Assembly: GCA_964016885.1 (NCBI GenBank)
Contig: OZ024742.1
Location: 332,940,001 to 333,004,000, forward strand
DNA from: Eledone cirrhosa
Taxonomy: Eukaryota
Length of the DNA stretch: 64,000 bases
Direction: 5' to 3'
Shown: positions 57,122-64,000 of the stretch, piece by piece
Layout of the letters: every line of letters begins with the position of its first letter
Position numbering within the stretch: position 1 is the stretch's first letter
Made by a program: the position numbers and the translations under genes
The notes under the pieces: generated by a model
What the model was told of the DNA's origin: nothing
Databases searched by the model: none
The model's input: only the letters and a program-made list of their open reading frames with translations

Positions 57122-59057
57122 AATAACAGATTAAAGTTTAAGCAAAGAATCGCTGCTTTCACCCTTAGCGGGATCTTCTGAAACTAACAAAGTCAATCTG
57201 TAAACGCAGAACTGGATATTTCAAAAAACATTGCAACCGGAGGAAGACAGGAAGACGATACTTTGGTTCGTGGAAACGTTCGCTGGCTAAGAACGGGAAA
57301 AAACGAATATAATACGTCATTAATAGGAGCGGTGAAAAACAATTACGCGCAAAGACAGAACCACGTTTATGGTATAATAGAGGTCGTAGACTAATGTTCT
57401 CTTAGGTGGTGCATAGAGACGTTCTCTGGCGATGAACGAAAAAACGAAGATTATACGTCATATGTGGAGAACAATAGCACGCAAAGACAAAACCACGTAA
57501 ATCGTATAGCAGAAGTCGTAGACTAAATTCTAACTAGAAGACCGAATGAATCTCCGCTACGGAGTTAAGAACAAAGTAAATAAATACAATACAGAAGTAA
57601 TAGAAATAAATAAATACATACACGCAAACAGAAACGTACATACACAAGCATACGCAAAAACTTACCATAGGTAAACAAAACCAAGCACATATAAATATGT
57701 GTGTGTGTGTAAGCGTGTATACAAATAAATAAATAATTATATAAACGTATATAAATAAATAAATACGTATATAACAAGCGCACACACATACCTACATGTA
57801 AATACACGAATGTTCGGAGACGTAAGTCAACCAAAACATGAAGTACACATATACACACGCCCTAGATACGTACGAACCTGCATACTCACACAGACGCAAA
57901 ACTCCCGTATACACATAGCCGAACCATATGTACCAGAATATATAAAAAAATTATAATGCCATAACAATCAAATATATGTACGAGAAGGTATACGTACCTT
58001 CACAAAACATACGGATAATATATAATTACCTATGCAAATAATTAAAGGTATAAACAAAACATATACTTAGCTCCCACATCGAGACGTAAAATATCCACGT
58101 ATAGATCGTACTATCCGTTAGGGTATAACGTGGGGCTGTAATACAGGAAAGTTTTGTGCAATTTATGTTTACAAGCCGAAATTGCCTCAGATTTTTTGTT
58201 TAAGATGTGGTCTGTGGCGTAGAGTATTTCCAGGGCCTCAGCGGCGCAGAGGTCACATGGTCTTTTATTTCCGTTATACGATCTAGCCCTCGCTAGGATC
58301 TCCCAGTGTAACTTATAATGGATGTGGTTGTCTTTTAGACTCCAGATATAAGCTGAAAGTGACGTCATATTCCTTCTTAGAGGGTAACGAAAAGAATGGG
58401 TATGCATGTAAAGACGCTGCTTGAATCTATTGGCGGTTAACCCTATGTTGGCCCTACGGGACGTGGGTGTTACAACCTTACATGTGTAGACAATGTTACT
58501 AGAGAGGCATTTCCCGGATAGGGGGCAATCAGCCCGATTCCTACAATTACAGTTTGTACTAACTACAGGGTTGCACGTGTTCCTACGGCTAGGTAGTTTA
58601 GCTAAATTTGAAGCTGTGATGTTATGTGCAAGGCTAGGAGTCGTAGAGTAAGAAATTTTAATAGTGTTTCTATTAAAAATTTTACTATATTTATGTGTAG
58701 GGGGAAAATGCTTCGTAATAAGGGAAAGAAAGATCTTAGCTAATGGTGTGGCCACCTCCATATTATATGGTGGGTTATACCAACAAATGCGACGGGATCT
58801 ATTTCTTCTATGTCTATTTTCGTACTCTGTATATGCTACCTTATCGACAAATCCACTTCGAGCAAGAGCTTCATTGTAATAAGTGGAATGGTTGTTTAAA
58901 ATACGCTCCGAACCAAAGTATCTTCTTCCTGTCTTCCTCCGGTTGCAACGTTTTTTGAAATATCCAGTTCTGCGTTTACAGATTGACTTTGTTAGTTTCA
59001 GAAGATCCCGTGAAGGGTGAAAGCACCGATTCTTTGCTTAAACTTTAATCTGTTATT
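57122..59057 (-). mobile_element. 5'-truncated Penelope-like element with inverted terminal copy of its 3' end
   Basis: Frame ~58880-58111: YYNEALARSG...RSRRICWYNPPY...KIFNRNTIKISYS...CNCR..CPL.G.C...IVY.C...IGLT..FKQR...CDLC. Arms 57122-57270 and 58909-59057 are inverted. Confidence 0.88.
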
Positions 59058-59060
59058 TTA

Positions 59061-59111
<51 letters not shown>

Positions 59112-60339
59112 CAATATGTATGTATATGTAAAAAAAAAAAAAAAATATATATATATATACATACATACACACATATATATATCTGTGTTACATACATATA
59201 GGCATATGCATATATATACACACAAACATGTGTATATGTGTGTGTATTTACTGGTGATTATCCAGGGAAGAAAAAGCGAGCTCTCATTAAATACGGTAAT
59301 GTATCATTCTTTATTTATTCAGTTATTGTAAGCTGAAAATTCCCCATTTCACATCTCAGATTTCCATAGATTCGAGCAGTTACGAAACGACTGACAAATG
59401 AACAATCAGTATAGCCGCTACCGCAACAATTCTACTGGACACAACTGCACTGACTGTCTATTACTGGTAAATGTCCTAGTTAATTTCAACCAACCGTTTA
59501 ATAAATCGTCACTGGCACAATACGGTGATTGGAAAACCAGCCATAACTCCAACAATAATTGATAGAAAAAGGGACCCTTCTGGTATATCTCTGACTAGTG
59601 TCGTATTTGGAACGTTGCTCTTGAAAACGCACGCATTGGTAGATTTGGTTGTGTAATATGACTAGTCACCCATATATGCCAGTTACCCCTTTCTAAACCC
59701 CCATTGATGTCTAAGGAAAAAACAACGATGGATGAACCAACTCGTTGCGACTCATTTTATCCATCTAAATGGGCTGAATCAGTGTGAAATAAGTCATCAT
59801 GCTTAAGGACACAACGCATCTATCATTTCTGGTATCAAACAAACCGCCTTTTAATCGTTAGCACAAAATCCTAGACTGAAAGCCACGCGCCTTTTATAGA
59901 TAAAACCAAAAAGAATTAATTGCATATACTACCGTTTCCAAACGTATGTAAACAACTGCAAACAATATTCCCATCCCATTACATTGGAATTTGAAGGAGA
60001 ACATAAACGAATAATATATATCTAGCCTTCTCAAAGGTAGAAAATATTCACACATGCTATAGCTTTTATTTTGTTTTTTTTTGTTTTAACAATAATAATA
60101 ATTTTATTAACATCATTTTCCATACATGGTACTCGAACGAACACCTAAAAAAATAAAGTTTTTTTTTTCCGTATAGGACAAAACGCAGTGGGTAACAAAA
60201 TGAAGAAGAAATATACAAATAAAGTCTTACGATTGAGAGACAACGCATAAAACCAAGGACAAGAAAGTATTCAAGGGACAATAAAGCGGAATAGCTGAAA
60301 CGACACGTCGTACCAGAACAATGCAATAGACAAGAATTT

Positions 60340-61389
60340 AACAGAGGGTGGCAACAGGCCACTTTACCGGTCAGGTAGGGCGGCCTAGGCCTCCGGTCCC
60401 CGATCTCACTAGCTTTGCCGGCGTATCTTTCATCGGTAACCTCGTGCCGCGTCCTCGTCAGCAGGGTTCTTCAAAACACAACAGAACCCTCTGTGTTCAG
60501 GGAACGTGAGGCCGGCTGTGAGACGTGGGACCGGATGGGACTTAGCCCAGTAGACGCCCCTCTTCCTTCTCCCCCTGTTGACGTCAAGTCCCCGCAACGC
60601 ACTTGGGATGCCATCCAGTGCAGCCTGGCCTCAGACAGGCTCACGCGCCAGCTCGACCAGCACCGCCTTGCTTGTTTTCGTGCGGCCTCCAAACCCCACA
60701 GTGGTGCTTGGCTCCATGCTCTGCCCTCCTTCTCCACTGGCACGCAGCTAAACACCCATAGCCTGCGAATAGGCGTTTCCCTGAGGCTCGGCCTCCTGAT
60801 CTGCCAGCCACACCAATGTCGCTGCGGTTCCACCGTGGACACTTTCGGCCATCACCCGCTTTCCTGTCGCCACAGTGCCGGCCCCATTCCACGCCATACT
60901 GCCCCCAACGAGGTCATTAAGCATGGCTTGGACGCTGCAGGATTCGCTTCCCAGCTCGAGCCGGTGGGGCTGCATCGAGGAGACGGCAAAAGGCCAGATG
61001 GCATGACCATCTTCTCGTTCTGCGGTGGCAAATCTCTCGTCTGGGATGCCATTTGCACCAACACTTTCTGCAGCCGCAACCTGGTGCAGTCTGCGAATGA
61101 CCCAGGTTCTGCTGCACGTCGGGCTGAGGGGGCCAAACTCCTCAAATACCGGTCACTCTCCGACAGGTTTGCGGTCGTTCCCCTGGCAGTGGAAAGTTCT
61201 GGTGTCCTCGGCCCCAGAGGTACCTCCTTACTCACTACCATAGGCGCTGAGCTGGCCAGCCGCAGGTGTAAGCCCCGCGAGTTGGAGTGGCTTTTCCAGC
61301 GCGTCTCCCTTGCCGTCCTCCGGGGAAACGCTTTCTCCATTCTGTCCGCCGGGGCTGTGGGTGGGCCCCATCGCGTACCATTACATTAG
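60340..61389 (+). mobile_element. CRE-like (RLE) non-LTR retrotransposon 3' fragment
   Basis: WQQATLPVR*GGLGLR upstream, then SGAWLHALP, LRLG, CRCG..D..GHH.LSC, RH, DGKRPDG, LVWD, K..KY, PLAVESSG, QRVSLAVLRGNA. Confidence 0.85.
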
Positions 61390-61529
61390 TTAAATACCGT
61401 TCTTTCATCACATACAGAACGAGGAATATGGAACGGCAAATATGCCCCAACGAGAGAGAGAGGGAAATAGATAGAGATAGAGAGAGAGGGGAAGTGACAT
61501 TGAGCGAGAGAGAGAGGGGCGAGACAGAC

Positions 61530-61664
<135 letters not shown>

Positions 61665-62073
61665 ATTAAGATGAGATATTTTGAACGTGTTACAGGTTAA
61701 AATAAATAATTTTTGTAATAAATGCGAGCGTTATAATACCATAGACATGGAACCAAATTATCTAGTAGATGAGAAATGGAAATAATTCTAGAGAACGAAG
61801 GATGACGATTAAGCCTGTACAACACTCATTATCAGTGCTATGGGTTAGATGACACTATGTATAGTGAATTTATCACAACATTTAGCAACTGGCGTTTGAA
61901 AATTGGAAAATGTTTAAAATAGTAGACAGATCAATTAAAGAGAAATATATACACGTAAAAGAGTAACTATTTATATATATCATGTAGTTACTTTAATTTT
62001 ACCTGGTATATGGTAAATAATTATTTGTTGAAACTGAAACATTTTAAAACTCTCTCTCTCTCTCCCCACCTCT

Positions 62074-62180
<107 letters not shown>

Positions 62181-62446
62181 TACCTATATATTTATATACA
62201 AATATGTATAGATATACAAATATAAATATATACTTATATGTATATATATATAGATAGATATATATTATAAATATGTATATATATATATGTATATATATAT
62301 ATATACATATATATATATACATCGATATATATATATGTATACATGTGTATATACATATATACATGTATATACATGTATATATACATTTATATATATACAT
62401 ATATATACATGTATATACAGGTATATATACATTTATACATATATAT

Positions 62447-62502
<56 letters not shown>

Positions 62503-62560
62503 ATATTTATATATATATGTGTGTATATATATATGTGTAAATGTATATGTATATATGTAT

Positions 62561-62620
<60 letters not shown>

Positions 62621-62684
62621 GGTATAGAAAATATTTTAGCAAAAAAAATATATATATATACATGTATATACAGGTATATATATG

Positions 62685-62762
<78 letters not shown>

Positions 62763-62816
62763 CATATGTATATATATATATATAGTATATTATATATGCA
62801 TATGTATATATATATG

Positions 62817-62847
<31 letters not shown>

Positions 62848-62880
62848 ATATACATATATATATACATATGTATATAGTTA

Positions 62881-62953
<73 letters not shown>

Positions 62954-63764
62954 CCATACATGAGTAAATGAGTGTATAATACATATAAAAGGAGAACAAA
63001 TCTAATCAAGTGATATATCATAATTAGATATAGCAAAACACAAACTCAAAAATAACGTTACACGGAAATGTTTCAACGTGTATCACCGAAATAGCAAGTA
63101 CAGTGATGCTTATGGTGTTGTTGTTTATCGTTTTGTTGGTATGTCTCTAATTCATATTTGGAAGTTGTTCCTTGTTTTTTTTTATAGTAATTTCGGTGTA
63201 ATTCTGGTATATTTATACATGCATACATACATATATACATACATATATACATACATATATACATACATACATACACATATGCATGTGTGTGTATAATGTG
63301 GTGTGTATATATGTACGTTTGCATACAAAGAAATATGGCTGTGTGTGTGTATATGTGTGCATAGAAATAAAAAAGATCAATGGACACAATGTGAAAGTTG
63401 TGAGTATTTATATTTAATCAATTTAAACGTGCGTATAGAGCTAGTAAATTATGAAAGACGACACATATCTAATAAGCGTTAGAAGAAAAAAAGGCATAGA
63501 TAGAAATCGAAAAGATAAATTAATAGGAGGCAAGCGGTGGCAAAAGACTAGAATTAAGAAAAAAATTGTGAAAATTCATGAATGTTATAAATCAACTAAA
63601 TGTTTCTGTTGTTGAATCATTTCCTAGACTCCAGGTGCTGAATATATTTGAAAATCTGATAATATAAGTAATTCATTGGTCACAATAATACTTATTTCTG
63701 TGGCGTTATTAAGTCCGTAATCTTGCCATCACGCGGTCATTAACACATCATCTGAAGTAATACT

Positions 63765-63899
63765 CATATAATGTAATAATTTTCTAATGCCATACAGGCT
63801 ATTCAAATGGGATGGACTTTTCAAGGACTAACAATGAATACAAGTCCTTCCTATTTTTAATAGCCTGTATTGCATTAGAAAAATATTACATAATATATG
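63765..63899. repeat. Imperfect hairpin, ~55-bp arms
   Basis: TTTTCTAATGCCATACAGGCTATTCAAATGGGATGGACTT / AAGTCCTTCCTATTTTTAATAGCCTGTATTGCATTAGAAAA. Confidence 0.85.
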
Positions 63900-64000
63900 T
63901 ATATCCTAAGAAGCTTTCTGAAGTCATGTTAATGATTATATGATGGCAACATTACGTAGTTACTAACGCCACGTGATACATATTACAGCGAATTATGAAT

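Overview
AT-rich, microsatellite-dense eukaryotic (animal) DNA with no recognisable host gene. The SINE and LINE content suggests a cephalopod/octopus-like genome, but this is an inference. The main structure is a ~26 kb head-to-tail array (27862-53797) of Tx1/L1-clade LINEs (APE-RT-CCHC) from two subfamilies, with every unit separated by (ATT)n. An unrelated Dong/R4 (RLE) LINE sits in the same ATT tract on the opposite strand. The second structure is a ~3.3 kb near-perfect palindrome (7844-11180, 5-nt loop) built from a Penelope-like element 3' end, with a canonical-looking minimal hammerhead ribozyme in each arm and a SINE in one arm only. Several smaller inverted repeats, two more Penelope remnants, CRE-like LINE fragments, tRNA-derived SINEs and a Helitron-like relic make up the rest. 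Most short ORFs in the track are microsatellite noise.
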